A stretch of 64,000 nt of DNA from an uncultured delta proteobacterium (lineage in GTDB: Bacteria > Desulfobacterota > Binatia > Bin18). The stretch spans positions 64,001 through 128,000 of the forward strand of contig CAVTCR010000062.1 of assembly GCA_963733195.1 (NCBI GenBank), read 5' to 3'. Shown in pieces: positions 20,229 through 32,000 of the stretch. The notes under the pieces are model-generated. The model was not told the origin of the DNA. It ran no database searches and saw only the letters and a program-made list of their open reading frames with translations. The translations under genes and the position numbers were made by a program. How positions within the stretch are numbered: the first letter of the stretch is position 1; the number at the start of each line of letters is the position of its first letter.

Positions 20229-20275
20229 TTCGATAAGAATCTCGGCAACAGCCATACAGAGAAGAAATAAAAACT

Positions 20276-21235
20276 ATGCTGAAGAAAATCGTGATCTCCC
20301 TTGTTGTGGGAATCATCTCGTTGAGCCTTTTCCAGCCTGCCGCTCGTGCAGCCGACAACCCGTGCCAGGAAGCCCAGGAAATTCTCGGATTATCTCTTTC
20401 CGCCCCAGCGAAACGCGAGTCAGACACTTCTCCTGTTCTGGTGGTCACGGAGGTTCTGCCGCTCAGTCAGGCTGCTCGGTTAGGTATCACCAAAGGGGAT
20501 ACCATCGAGCAGATCAACAGTTGGCGTGCACGCGACTGTCAAAGCTATAGTCGTGCAGTTCAGGATGCGCGGAGTGAACAGAAAGCAATCTTACTGCTCA
20601 TGACTCACAAAGAACGGCGACAAACACTCGCATTTGAACCAGAGATCTGGGTACGAAAGGAAAAAGAAAAACAAGAGAAGGAAGCCGTGGCGTCACTCCA
20701 AACGATGTTAGCGGCTCCGTTGCCTACAGAGCTGAAAGGCAAAGTAGGCAACGTCGGTGACCGCGCGCTCACAATCTTACACGATGTAGAAACAGTAACG
20801 CTGGCGTCGGGGAAACCGACTGCGTATGAAGAAGAAATGGTAACCGCGCGTGCACAGCTCCGCGCCCTCGATCAGACTAGTCAAAGTGAGGCTGAAAAGC
20901 GTGTCGTCGCTGGGGCAAAAGTGTTGCTAGACTACTACCTCGCGGCACAAGAAATTCGGCAATACAAACAAGATTTCGTCAAGGAAGAACGAAAAGATCT
21001 TCGTAAAGGGCGGGGGGCGATGTTTCAATCCACAAGCATTCCATACTTTCTCAAATCACCTGTACCTGGCTGGATTGACCGTTATCCGTTTCTTCGAGTG
21101 AGTGTGAACGAAACTCCGCGCACGGAGAATTTTCTTGAACGCCCAGGTCACTGGGACCCTGACAAAGCCGTCACTCTCTTATGGGAAAAAGCCAAAGAAG
21201 AAACCGCAACGTTCGCACGATGGCTCAAACAGTGA
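20276..21235 (+). CDS. Exported PDZ-domain protein
   Basis: Signal peptide ending ARA; VTEVLPLSQAARLGITKGDTIEQIN. Confidence 0.75.
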   Translation: MLKKIVISLVVGIISLSLFQPAARAADNPCQEAQEILGLSLSAPAKRESDTSPVLVVTEVLPLSQAARLGITKGDTIEQINSWRARDCQSYSRAVQDARSEQKAILLLMTHKERRQTLAFEPEIWVRKEKEKQEKEAVASLQTMLAAPLPTELKGKVGNVGDRALTILHDVETVTLASGKPTAYEEEMVTARAQLRALDQTSQSEAEKRVVAGAKVLLDYYLAAQEIRQYKQDFVKEERKDLRKGRGAMFQSTSIPYFLKSPVPGWIDRYPFLRVSVNETPRTENFLERPGHWDPDKAVTLLWEKAKEETATFARWLKQ

Positions 21236-21338
21236 GGAGGGATTGAGTGAATGAGTGACGAGGGATGAGCAATGAGTAATGGACAAGATGATACTTTTCT
21301 GTGCTCATCGCTCAGCACTCCTTACTCGGAACTATTCA

Positions 21339-22577
21339 TCAGAACGGCCACCATCGTTTCCACCAACTCGCTTTCTCAATCTCTTGTGTTGCAATAGCAG
21401 GAACAGTACTGACCACAGCCCCATCGAAACTGACAACAACCTCTCCCACCGCCTGTCCAACGGTTAACGGCGCCCAGACGCGATCTGGTGTTTTCACTGT
21501 CACCGCTACCTTCTTTTCTTCCCCCTTTTTCAACAAAATTTTCACGTCTTGTTTGGCAGCAATGGTAACATGCTCGGCAACACCACCACGAACAGCCAGA
21601 TCTTTTCCTTCGAGTACAACATTCCCTTGGACAGGCAAGAACATCCGGTAGGTCGCAAATCCATAATTCAACAATTGCGAGGCACTGGTAAAACAGGCCC
21701 CTTTCGTCGGTGTCCCCATAATGACAACGATCAGGCGCAAGTCTCCTTGTTTTGCACTTCCGGTGACACAAAATCCGGCTTTATTATGGAATCCGGTCTT
21801 GATCCCGTCGGCCCCAGGATAATTCTTCAACAGGTGGTTCGGGTTGACCAACGTGAACTGGCCATCACGAAACGGCTCCTGGATTTTCGCCGCCCACTCG
21901 GCGAGTTGTGGGAATTTCAGCACCTCGCGACCTAACGTTGCCAAGTCCGCTGCACTCATGACATCGTCCTGTTGGCCGGCTTCGGGTGGCAAGCCATGGA
22001 CACTGTGGAATCGTGTTTCCTTTAAGCCGAGCTGTGCAGCGCGATCGTTCATCAAATCGACAAAGGCGCCTGCATACCCACCCACGTACTCAGCAAGGGC
22101 AGCCGTCGCATCGTTGCCGGAGTGAATCATCGTCGCTTTCAGAAGCTCCTCAACCGTCATCTTCTCGCCTTCTTTAAGAAATACCTGCGAACCGCCCATT
22201 TTTGACGCCCAGCGGGACACTGTCACGACATCGCTCAACTTGATCGCACCATCACGTACCTTTTCCATGACGATGAGGCTGGTCATCATCTTCACCATCG
22301 ACGCAGGTGGTAACGGCTGGTGCGGATCTTTCTCGAATAAAACTTTGCCCGTCTCTGCTTCAATCAGAATCGCAGAAGTATAGGGGACCGGTTTTTCCGT
22401 TTTCTGGCTCTTTGGTGTAGAAGGCTGGGCAACGGGAGGGCTCTGGGCAGTTCCCCTAATTGGGGTTCCTAAGAGCACCAAGAGAACGGCTCCAAGGGTA
22501 AAGAAGGACCCGAGTTGTTTCCCTGATTGTCCGGTGTATATACCGAGGACGTGCCCCATGCTCCCCGAGATCCTCAT
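21339..22577 (-). CDS. dacA: D-alanyl-D-alanine carboxypeptidase (PBP5/6)
   Basis: PASMVK (SxxK), SGN, KTG motifs, PBP5 C-domain; start approximate. Confidence 0.9.
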   Translation of the reverse strand: MRISGSMGHVLGIYTGQSGKQLGSFFTLGAVLLVLLGTPIRGTAQSPPVAQPSTPKSQKTEKPVPYTSAILIEAETGKVLFEKDPHQPLPPASMVKMMTSLIVMEKVRDGAIKLSDVVTVSRWASKMGGSQVFLKEGEKMTVEELLKATMIHSGNDATAALAEYVGGYAGAFVDLMNDRAAQLGLKETRFHSVHGLPPEAGQQDDVMSAADLATLGREVLKFPQLAEWAAKIQEPFRDGQFTLVNPNHLLKNYPGADGIKTGFHNKAGFCVTGSAKQGDLRLIVVIMGTPTKGACFTSASQLLNYGFATYRMFLPVQGNVVLEGKDLAVRGGVAEHVTIAAKQDVKILLKKGEEKKVAVTVKTPDRVWAPLTVGQAVGEVVVSFDGAVVSTVPAIATQEIEKASWWKRWWPF

Positions 22578-22734
22578 TCCGCATCCTCTCTTCTGGAGAT
22601 TTTGTACAAGCGATGAGGCTTCATCTTTCGGCACGTCGTGCGGCCTGTCAAGTCGAACATTCAAGATATCCCCTTTTCTTGACAAAATTGCTCCATCCAC
22701 CAATTATGCATCATAAAAAGGAGGCACGAAGAAT

Positions 22735-23235
22735 ATGGCAGCAAGAGTAGCAAAAGCGGCACGAACAGCCAAAAAACCGGCGCACGGCGCAAAGAAGCCT
22801 ACACAGAAGGCTAAGAAAATGACTGCGCGCCCCTCAGTGCCTCGGCTTGTCAAAAAGGTCGTCGATCCAGGGTGGACTTGGGATGACCGTTTACCACTGG
22901 CCCAGGCCCAACAGATGGGCAACACGATCTACGTCTCAGGACAGATCGCATACAGCCCAGAAGGAAAGCTCGTCGGCGAAGGAGATATGAAAGCGCAAAC
23001 CCGGCAAGTGTATCAAAACATCAAAGACATCCTCGCCGCTGCTGGGGCTGACATAAGAGACATCATCAAGATCAACACCTACATTACCGATCAAAGTAAG
23101 TTCATGGACATGTTAGAAGTTCGGAAGGAGATTTTCGGCGACAATCCGCCGGCAAGTACGGCAGTCGTCGTCGCCGGATTAGCTTTCCCTGGGCTTCTGA
23201 TTGAGGTCGAGGCGGTTGCGATCAAAACAGTCTAG
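22735..23235 (+). CDS. RidA/YjgF family protein with Lys/Ala-rich N-terminal extension
   Basis: IYVSGQ, PPASTAVVVAGL..LIEVEAVA. Confidence 0.9.
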   Translation: MAARVAKAARTAKKPAHGAKKPTQKAKKMTARPSVPRLVKKVVDPGWTWDDRLPLAQAQQMGNTIYVSGQIAYSPEGKLVGEGDMKAQTRQVYQNIKDILAAAGADIRDIIKINTYITDQSKFMDMLEVRKEIFGDNPPASTAVVVAGLAFPGLLIEVEAVAIKTV

Positions 23236-23280
23236 AGTCTAACAGTCTAGAGTCGCATAATAGATTTTCCCTTACAGACT

Positions 23281-23400
23281 CTAGACTGACAGACCCGAGA
23301 CCGGCGACTTCGCTAGCGGCAACGTAAAGAAGAAAGTGCTTCCTTGACCAAGGGTACTTTCTGCCCACACCCTGCCTTTGTGGGTCGTGACGATGCAAAT
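23281..23400 (-). pseudogene. Remnant of a histidine kinase HATPase C-terminus
   Basis: Manual translation [39 protein letters not shown]; no upstream gene body. Confidence 0.75.
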
Positions 23401-23428
23401 CTGTAGAGAAAGAAAAACAAAAGGTAGG

Positions 23429-25150
23429 TTATTGCCGCCTACTCCGTAGTTGCTGTGTTTGTTCCCAATCGATCATTACCTTCTCTCCGAAAGCAACTCC
23501 ATACTGTTCGTGCGCAGCCGTAAGAGAAATATATCCGTTGATTACATCCTGCCGCACGAGTTCAGGATCTCGCTCGAAGGAGGAAAAAAAGCCGCCACCA
23601 CCAGGTAACCGGAGCGTCACTTTTTGTCCAGGTTGCAGTCGATATTGCGCTTTGGGGTGTGGATGGGTGCCATCGGATAAGAAGAAATCACCTAATGCTC
23701 CATTTTCTCCACCGGTAAACCCTAACGCTGGGAACTTCGTCCGATCGTACATCGCTGAGTGGATGACTGGTTCCTGCGAGCGCACCGACAGCACCATTTC
23801 TTGTCCGAGTCCGCCCCGGTACTTTCCCGGTCCACCAGAATCCGGCACCAGCGCTCGTTGCTCCATCACCAAAGGAGATACATTCTCGATAATCTCCGCT
23901 GGAACGCCTTGAATGCCACTTGGAAACGCAGTTGCCGAGATTCCATCCTTGTTCGGTCGCGCTCCCATACCACCGGACGAGAAGAAGACATAGGTAAACG
24001 ACTTATTGTTGATATCCTTGCCGGTAAACTGCGTGATCCAAATGTTTGCTGCGCCATCCGCTAACACCCGATCAGGTACCGCTTGCGCCAGCGCACCAAA
24101 TACTGCTGTCGAAAGAAAATGACCGACGATGTGCCGTCCACCGACCGGTGCCGGGAACTGACAGTTGAGAATACACCCCTCGGGAGCACTGATATGCACG
24201 GGCCGGAAACTACCTTCGTTGTTCGGCACGTGTGGAGAGACGGCGCATTTGAGTGGATACGTCGTGTAGGCAACACAATAAGCAAACGGTACGTTAATGC
24301 CACGGTCGCACTGCGGCGAGGTACCAGCGAAATCGACAAACAGTTCAGATCCTTTCACTGTTACAGCAATAGGGATCACGATTGGTTCATCGAACCCGTC
24401 GGTACGAATTTCGTGACGATAGGTTCCTTGTGGCAGCTCAGCAATCGCCTGTCGCATCGCCTTCTCTGATGTGGTTAGGATTGCTTCGGACAGCAAAGCA
24501 AGAGAGGCAAAATCATATTCGTCCATGAATTCGAGCAACTTCGCTCCACCGACTTCATTGCCACCGACCTGCGCCATCAGGTCGCCTTCGACCAATTCCG
24601 GTGTGCGCACATTTTGTTTGACCAGACGGAAGAGATCACGATTCGGCTCGCCTCGGCGAAACAGTTTCATAATCGGTACATAGATGCCTTCTTCAAACAC
24701 TTGACGCGCGTCAGCGCCTAACATGCGCCCGCCAACATCGACCGCATGGCAGGTATTAGCAAAGAGAGCGACCGGTCGGCCCTGACGAAAAATCGGCGTG
24801 ACCACCGTAAAGTCATTCAAATGTCCCGAGGTCAGCCACGGATCATTGCTGATAAGACTATCGCCTTCTTCCAGGGTTTCCCACGGATATTCCTTGAGAA
24901 AGTGGCGCACAGCCATTGCCATCGTATTGATATGACCCGGCGTGCCTGTCACCGCCTGTGCAATCATATTTCCTTGTACATCGAACACACCGGCAGACAG
25001 GTCACCAGCCTCACGTACGACTGTCGTAAACGACGCATTCTGTAATGCTGTCGCCTGTTCGTTGACAATCGAAATCAACCTATTCCATAGAATTTCGAGC
25101 GCGATTGGATCAATGTCTGCTAAAGTACTTTGCCGTTGGGGCGTTGCCAT
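23429..25150 (-). CDS. Hydantoinase B/oxoprolinase family subunit
   Basis: [36 protein letters not shown]. Confidence 0.92.
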   Translation of the reverse strand: MATPQRQSTLADIDPIALEILWNRLISIVNEQATALQNASFTTVVREAGDLSAGVFDVQGNMIAQAVTGTPGHINTMAMAVRHFLKEYPWETLEEGDSLISNDPWLTSGHLNDFTVVTPIFRQGRPVALFANTCHAVDVGGRMLGADARQVFEEGIYVPIMKLFRRGEPNRDLFRLVKQNVRTPELVEGDLMAQVGGNEVGGAKLLEFMDEYDFASLALLSEAILTTSEKAMRQAIAELPQGTYRHEIRTDGFDEPIVIPIAVTVKGSELFVDFAGTSPQCDRGINVPFAYCVAYTTYPLKCAVSPHVPNNEGSFRPVHISAPEGCILNCQFPAPVGGRHIVGHFLSTAVFGALAQAVPDRVLADGAANIWITQFTGKDINNKSFTYVFFSSGGMGARPNKDGISATAFPSGIQGVPAEIIENVSPLVMEQRALVPDSGGPGKYRGGLGQEMVLSVRSQEPVIHSAMYDRTKFPALGFTGGENGALGDFFLSDGTHPHPKAQYRLQPGQKVTLRLPGGGGFFSSFERDPELVRQDVINGYISLTAAHEQYGVAFGEKVMIDWEQTQQLRSRRQ

Positions 25151-25278
25151 AGGAAATTCCTGCTGAGGATTTGCAAGTTACAATTCAAACGATTCCACAA
25201 GGACAAGATAAATCCCGCAATATAAATGAAGATGCCTTTTGGTTACCGTGTACCTCTTGGAACTTATTTTGCCCAATG

Positions 25279-25301
25279 TATCTGACTTTATCCGTCAGAT
25301 A
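25279..25301. promoter_or_regulatory. Perfect 8-bp inverted repeat, candidate operator
   Basis: TATCTGAC-N7-GTCAGATA in an AT-rich divergent intergenic region. Confidence 0.5.
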
Positions 25302-25443
25302 AAGTGAAGAACAGAGAGGGCAACTAACCAAGACTCGTGGCACCCGCTGTCTCTTGTCTCTTGAATTCTTGCTTTAGGAAGACGCCTTGGGTTATAGTTC
25401 TACTTAGGCAAGCGGGTGGATCTCAAAGAGTGAGGAGGGACAC

Positions 25444-26988
25444 GTGGGAGCCAACGAAGATCAGAGAATTACTAGTTTTTATCGGGGACAACTGGAAGTT
25501 TTTGGAAAAAACGAGGAACCTGCCACGCTATTCTTTACTTGTTGGGAAAGTATTGCCCATATCGTTCTGAGCGTAACCGCCGCCTTGGCTCTCCAGGTGA
25601 TCCTTCTTGGTCGTCCCCATACAAGCGAAGCGCGAGATCTTACCGATGTCTTCGTCCAGGGGTTTTCCTACAACGCAGTCGGAAAGAATACTGCCCCAGC
25701 AGCAGCCCAATTTGCGCCTTTCTTCTCGGCGGCTGTGGCACAGGCAGTCACCCAGGAATTCCCGTATGCGTCGGTCTCTCCTGCCTTTACCTATCGTTAT
25801 AATCCAACATTGAGCGTATTCGAGCGCTCGACCAATGTTCCTGGGCCACTGTTCAGCGAGCGTTCGCTCACTCTAGGAAAGGGCCAATGGAACTTGGGTG
25901 TCGGTTATTCATTCGTCGACTTTGATGAATTGAATGGCACCGGCCTCCATTCCTTCACCAGTCCAGGGCTCCTACTAGAGGTGATCACTGATGAGGACGA
26001 CCTCGTACAACGACCCGATGGGCTGTTCCTGGCGCCGATTGCTACTTCTTCGTTGCGCACCAAGATAGACTTAAATGCTCATATTGTCGTACCAACGCTA
26101 CGGTACGGTATCACCGACAATTGGGATGTAACTATCAGTATCCCAATTGTGGATACGTTTCTTCGGGTCAGAAACGAATTCAAACGCGTTGCTGAAACCA
26201 ACCCTACGGCAGCGAGTGCTTTGGTCGAAAGGAATAGCCAAGGGGGATTCCAGCTCCGTGGAGTTGTCGATGGGCAAGGACAGCCGATCGCCAGTGCGTT
26301 TTCTATCCCTTTTGTAAAATCTCAGCGACCTACGTCCACCCTAGCGCGTGCGGCGGGGAGTAGCACTGGGGTTGGCGACATTGCCCTACGGACAAAATAT
26401 ACGTTCTGGCAGCAAGAGAGTGGAGGGGCGGCTCTGGGCTTGAACCTGCAGCTTCCCAGTGGAGATGAGGACAACTTTCATGGAACAGGGGATACCCATC
26501 TCAGTTCATTGGTGTATGTTTCTCAAGTACTCTGGGAGCGTTTTGAACCGCATCTGAACCTTGGAGTTGATTTCAACACGGGCGATGTTGGCCGCAGCAG
26601 TTTCCTCTACGCAGTTGGAGCCGGAGTGCTGGTGTGGAAGCAGCTCGGCCTGGTGGTGGATTTTCTTGGACGCAGTGAGTATAGTAAAAATTCCTTTCAA
26701 GTACCGCAGGATGCGACCTTCCCTGAGTCGTTTCTCACCAAACCAGCAGACCAGTGTACGCAAGCACAGCCATGCTTTCTTGATCGTACACGTGGGAACA
26801 ATGGAATCATCAATGCTCCATATTTACCTGCCAAAGTGAGGCGGAACGATTATATCGATTTCTCTTTTGGCTTCCGCTACGTACTCGGCACGCGAGGGTC
26901 CCTCTTCTTTGCTGGATTGATTCCACTGAATAATGACGGATTTCGCTCGGATTTCATTCCCTCTGGTGGGATTGAATACACTTTTTAA
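25444..26988 (+). CDS. Outer-membrane beta-barrel transporter-like protein (MetA-pathway/COG4313-like)
   Basis: TLGKGQWNLG, GVGDIALRTKY, LQLPSGD, terminal GIEYTF beta-signal; RBS GGAGG before GTG. Confidence 0.7.
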   Translation: MGANEDQRITSFYRGQLEVFGKNEEPATLFFTCWESIAHIVLSVTAALALQVILLGRPHTSEARDLTDVFVQGFSYNAVGKNTAPAAAQFAPFFSAAVAQAVTQEFPYASVSPAFTYRYNPTLSVFERSTNVPGPLFSERSLTLGKGQWNLGVGYSFVDFDELNGTGLHSFTSPGLLLEVITDEDDLVQRPDGLFLAPIATSSLRTKIDLNAHIVVPTLRYGITDNWDVTISIPIVDTFLRVRNEFKRVAETNPTAASALVERNSQGGFQLRGVVDGQGQPIASAFSIPFVKSQRPTSTLARAAGSSTGVGDIALRTKYTFWQQESGGAALGLNLQLPSGDEDNFHGTGDTHLSSLVYVSQVLWERFEPHLNLGVDFNTGDVGRSSFLYAVGAGVLVWKQLGLVVDFLGRSEYSKNSFQVPQDATFPESFLTKPADQCTQAQPCFLDRTRGNNGIINAPYLPAKVRRNDYIDFSFGFRYVLGTRGSLFFAGLIPLNNDGFRSDFIPSGGIEYTF

Positions 26989-27011
26989 CTGTTCTCTGTA
27001 GGGAATATCGT

Positions 27012-28917
27012 ATGTACTTACTCCTATCTCTTCTCATTTCTGTTCTTGCACTCCTGTTGCAGCCTGCGGTTGGAGAGACCCAAGTACGGTTAGAGAATCC
27101 GGCACCGGGGTCATCACAGAGTGGGCTTGGGCTAATTTCGGGCTGGATCTGTCAAGCCACACGCGTGGACATTGAGATTGATGGACGAGCCACTTTCGAG
27201 GCTGCCTATGGCACAGCGCGGAGCGATACCCAAGGCGACTGTGGGGATATCAACAATGGCTTTGGGCTCCTGTTCAATTGGAACTTGGCTTGGGGATGGG
27301 TCAAATCACCGCGTGCGAGTGCTTAGCCGATGGGGTGGAAGTGGCCACGTTCGACCTTTGCTGTCACCACGCTCGGACTTGGACAATTTCCACAGGGATT
27401 AAGTGGGACGGGAACGATCACCAATTTCCCTCAGCTGGGCCACTCAACCCAGCTCCAATGGCAAGAGAGCTTGCAGAACTTTTCAATTATGAATCCGAGC
27501 GGGAACAGTAACGGGGATGGTAGCAATAGCCCTGGGGCGCGGTTAGAGAATCCGGCGCCGGGGTCATCACAGAGTGGGCTTGGGCTGATTTCGGGCTGGA
27601 TCTGTCAAGCCACACGCGTGGACATTGAGATTGATGGACGAGCCACCTTCGAGGCTGCCTATGGCACAGAGCGGAGCAGATACGCAAGGCGACCTGTGGC
27701 GCGGCCATACCAACAACGGCTTCGGGCTGCTGTTCAATTGGAACTTGGCTAGGGGATGGCACGAACCATCGAGTACGAGTGTTGGCCGATGGGGTTGAAG
27801 TGGCGAGTTCGACCTTTAGCTGTCACCACGCTCGGACTTGGACAATTTCCAGAGGGGTTAAATGGGACGGGAACGATCACCAATTTCCCTCAGCCGGGCC
27901 GCTCAACCCAGCTCCCAATGGCAAGAAGAGCTTGCAGAATTTCTCGAATCACGCAAGTCAGCCCTAGTGGCGGATACAGTTCACCAGAACTTACTACCTC
28001 GGGGACTGCTCGACTTCGGCAATGTGACAGTTCTGGAGAGTAGTGATCGGACCTTTACCGTGACTAACAGTGGTGGAGGAACCCTGACTGGTACTGCCAG
28101 TACAACCACTCCGTTTAGTATTGTGTCTGGCGGCACGATCAATTTAGGGGCAGGATCAAACGCAGACGGTGACGGTTAGCTTTAGTCCCGACAAGTCTAG
28201 GGCAGTTCAAGCGGGACAGTCGCGATCAGTTCAAATGGTGGTTCAGGAAGTGTTGCGGTTTCAGGAGTCGGGGAAGACAGGACCACAGGTAGTGGTTAGC
28301 CCAAGTGGTATATCGTTTGACGACACTCCAGTTGGGCAGAGTACGACTAAGACTTTTAATATAATAAACGATGGTGGTGGGACGTTAACAGGAAGTGTGA
28401 GTGCACCAGCCCCCTTTAGTATTGTGTCTGGTAGTCCATTCAGCGTGGGAGCAGGGCAAAGTCAGACGGTAACCGTCCGGTTTAGTCCAACCAGTGAGGA
28501 TTTTTCAGCGACTTTGCCACAGTGACTTCCAATGCCGGGAGTGCGCAAGTCACCCTTTCAGGAACAGGGACGGACTTACCACCCCAGTGCGAGGTGTCAC
28601 CAACCGCTTTAGACTTCGGCGATGTCGAGAGTGGTAAGATGAAAGATCTTTCCTTTACGATTACAAATAGTGGAGGAGGAGTACTAAACGGAGATGCGAG
28701 TATAGACTCTAACTCTCCTTCCTTTGCAATTGTGTCTGGAGCATCGTTCAATTTAGGTTCGGGGCAGAGTCAGGAGGTAGTTGTACGGTTTAATGCATCT
28801 GCCTTCATTGGAGGAGCCAGCGCAAGCGTTACCGTCTTTAGTTCCGATGATATCTGTTCATCGGTATCCCTCTCTGGGGTTGGTGTATGTCCACCTGGAC
28901 AGGTTTGTGCCCTCTGA
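27012..28917 (+). CDS. Secreted protein with two tandem unnamed domains plus three choice-of-anchor-D/ASH Ig-like domains; multiply frameshifted
   Basis: Signal peptide; 2x LENPAPGSSQSGLGLISGWICQ; 3x (L/I)(D/S)F(G/D)..F(T/N)(V/I).N.GGG.L.G repeats spread over ORF fragments 27012-28917. Confidence 0.75.
27087..27951 (+). repeat. Intragenic near-identical direct repeat (units start 27087 and 27540; period 453 bp)
   Basis: cggttagagaatccggc(a/g)ccggggtcatcacagagtgggcttggg... repeated over about 400 bp. Confidence 0.9.
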
Positions 28918-29051
28918 GCCAAGCAAGAAGGATAGACACGGAGCTCACCACATAATCTGAGTGGACAAACCAACAGAAGCGGAGTCGAACTCTTCCTAGG
29001 AGGTCGTAGGGATTCCTGGTGGGAGATCATCGTCATCGTCGAACGGTGGAA

Positions 29052-32000
29052 TCACGATAGTGCCTCAAGGAGGGCTTTCGCTTCTCGTAAATCCCCAGTC
29101 TCAAACCCTTCCGTGAACCAACCATAGATTCCCGCGAGTAGCTGGCGTGCATCCTCGGCTTTGCCTTGTTGTTGCCACAGGCGACAGAGACTCATGGTTG
29201 CGCGTAGTTCTAAGGACATGGCTTGCTGTTGGCGGGCTACCATGATTGCTTTATGGAAATACTGCTCAGCCTCTGACTCCAGTCCCGTATCCGTTGAGGC
29301 AAATAACAACTCCCCTTTGATTCGGTAAAGTTCGGCCTCCCACCATCGTTCACCACTCCGTTGTAGTTCAGGCACGGCAGTAGTCATAAGACGCAACCCC
29401 TCGGCTGCTTTTCCTGCCCGGCAATACATGTCAGCAAGCAGCAGTGAAGGCTGGCCAAGTTGATCGCTGCCGATCGCTCGCCAACCTGCAAGTCCTTGCT
29501 GCATCATCGCAATCCCTTCTTCAAATTGCCCTTGATCTGCTAACACCCACCCACGAAGGAACGTGCCACTTGCGAGCCACTGGGCAGACTCTCGCTCGGT
29601 CGCAATTGCAATAACTGCCTCTGCGCGTTCGAGTACCGCTTGATTATCGCGACACAGTCGATGGACCGCTGCCGCAAAGTATTGCGCCGCAGCGTCGCTA
29701 ATCGAAAGTTTGAGATCGTGTGCCAGTATCTGCGCTTCTTGACTGCGCTGCAGAGCCTGGTCTGGGTAGCCGAGGTACCACAACACCCACGCAAGCCAGG
29801 AAAAACTCGCTACGCGGGGGTCCATCCCAGTCGATAACCGATACACGAAGACTCTCGAAGTGCCCCGGTTGTTGTTGCCCTTTGTGCAAGGCCACGGCTT
29901 CTTCAAGATGCTCACGCGCCTCGCTGAATTGGCCGAGACGAAACGCCGAATAGCCTAACGCAAAGTGTGCCGGTAGGAGAACCTTTGCCTCTTGGAGCCC
30001 TTGGGTTAATCGCCGTAACCGTGCGGCGATCGCATGTGAGGTCTGATATTCTCCCCGAACACTAGTAAACCGCCACAAGCCCATAAGTACAGGAATAAGA
30101 TGGGGAGTTTCTTCCGCCTGTGGCAGCAACTCCTGAATCTGCGCATACACCTGTTCGACTTCAGAATCCCTGTACCCCTTACGCCCGCTGAGCGCGCCAC
30201 CAAGGACGATCAACAGTTGCAACTCCTGGTTAATTCGCGCCGGAGAGTTCGGTAGTGTCCGCAACAACTCTAACGCTTGAGCAAAGTGATTGCTTGCCTC
30301 GCTGCGGGCAGAACGTTGCATTGCTTGCTCGCCTGCACGTTGGAGGTATTCAACCGCTTTTTCGATATTGCCACTGCGGCTGTAGTGATACGCTAACTCA
30401 CTACATTGCTCTTCCAATGTCTGTTGAGAGTTTTCGCGACAACAATTTTCTTCTATTGCTTGAGCCGTTCGTTCATGGAGGGCCTTGCGCTGCTCGATCA
30501 AGACAGAATTGTAAGCAACATCCTGCGTCAGCGCATGCTTGAATGTATACGCCGATTCCGGGAACGCGACCTGTTCATAAATAAACTCTCCAGCTTGGAG
30601 ATGCGAAAGGAGTGTGAGCAGCTCTTCTTCGGGGATATTTGTGACTCGACGAACAAGACTAAAGGGAAAGTATTTACCAATGACAGCCAAGGTCTGGAGC
30701 AACCCCTTTTCTCCTGCACCTAAGCGGTCAATGCGCGCGGCGAGAATGCCCTGCACGGTCAACGGTAATTGAATCTCGGATAACGGTTTGGTCAGCAACG
30801 GAACCGGAAATGGCGCTTTGCCAGCACTGTTGCGCAGCAAAATTCCCTGATCAACCAACGATCGTACGATTTCTTCAAGAAACAGAGGATTCCCCTCTAC
30901 TTTTTCCAGCAAAAAATGCTTGATCGGGGCCAGGTCGGTACCGTTTCCCAGCAGCGTCGTCAACAACTCTTCAGCATCCCGTTGTCCCAAAGGATCCAGT
31001 CGCACTCGCGTATAGTAAGTTCGCCCACCCCAGTGATCTTGGTATTCAGGCCGGTAATTCACTAATAAGAGGATACGTGCAGTAGCAACGCTGTCACTAA
31101 GAAGATCGAGAAATTCTTGCGTCTCGTTGTCTAGCCACTGCAGGTCATCAAAGATCAGCAAAAGCGGCTGATTGAGACTCTCCCGTGAGAGGAGTCGTTT
31201 GATGGCTTCACGCGTACGACGCGCACGAGTTTGCGGGTCCATTTCCTGAAGGGTTGCTGTTTCCTCACCCGCTGAGAGCAAGAAGAGAATGTACGGCAAT
31301 GTATCTTCGAGACTGCGATCAAGCGTTAATACACGACCAGTGACTTTCTCGCGTCGTCTGCGCTCGTCATCTTGTGGCGTGATTTGAAAATAGCCTTTCA
31401 AGAGGTCAATCAATGGGAGATATGGATACGCCTTCCCATGCGAGACAGAAAACGTCTCCAAGACGAGGCACTGTTTCTGTACAAGCAATTTAAACTCATG
31501 ACACAGACGTGACTTGCCCACTCCTGGTTCGCCAATCACGCCAACGATCTGTCCATGGCTTTCTTTCATGAGGGCAAATGCGTGTTGCACTTGCGTAAGC
31601 TCATGCTGTCGCCCAACAAATTGAGATAATCCTCGTTTGGCTGCGACCTGCAGCCGCGTCTGCAGCGGTCCAACACCAAGAACTTCGTAGATAGGAATGG
31701 GTTCGTTCGCACCTTTCACCGTCGCGGCACCAAGGGTTTTACAGTCAAAATACCCGTCAACCAGCTTATGGGTGTGTTCGCTGATGATAATTGAGCCAGG
31801 CGTAGCCAGGCTTTCCATACGCGCCGCAAGGTTAGTCGAGTGACCAACGGGCACATAGTCAGTATGGAGATCATCCGTCCGAATGGACCGGACTACTACT
31901 TCACCGGTGTTGATTCCTACCCGAATCTGTAACGGTACGCCGCCCTCTAATCGTAGCTTGTCAGAGTAGCGTTGCATCTCCTCCTGCATCCGCAGAGCAG

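Noticed and set aside
27087-27951. Direct repeat as CRISPR, IS or DGR template/variable pair
   Set aside because: Two coding-domain copies of about 400 bp; differences are not adenine-specific; no cas, transposase or reverse transcriptase nearby
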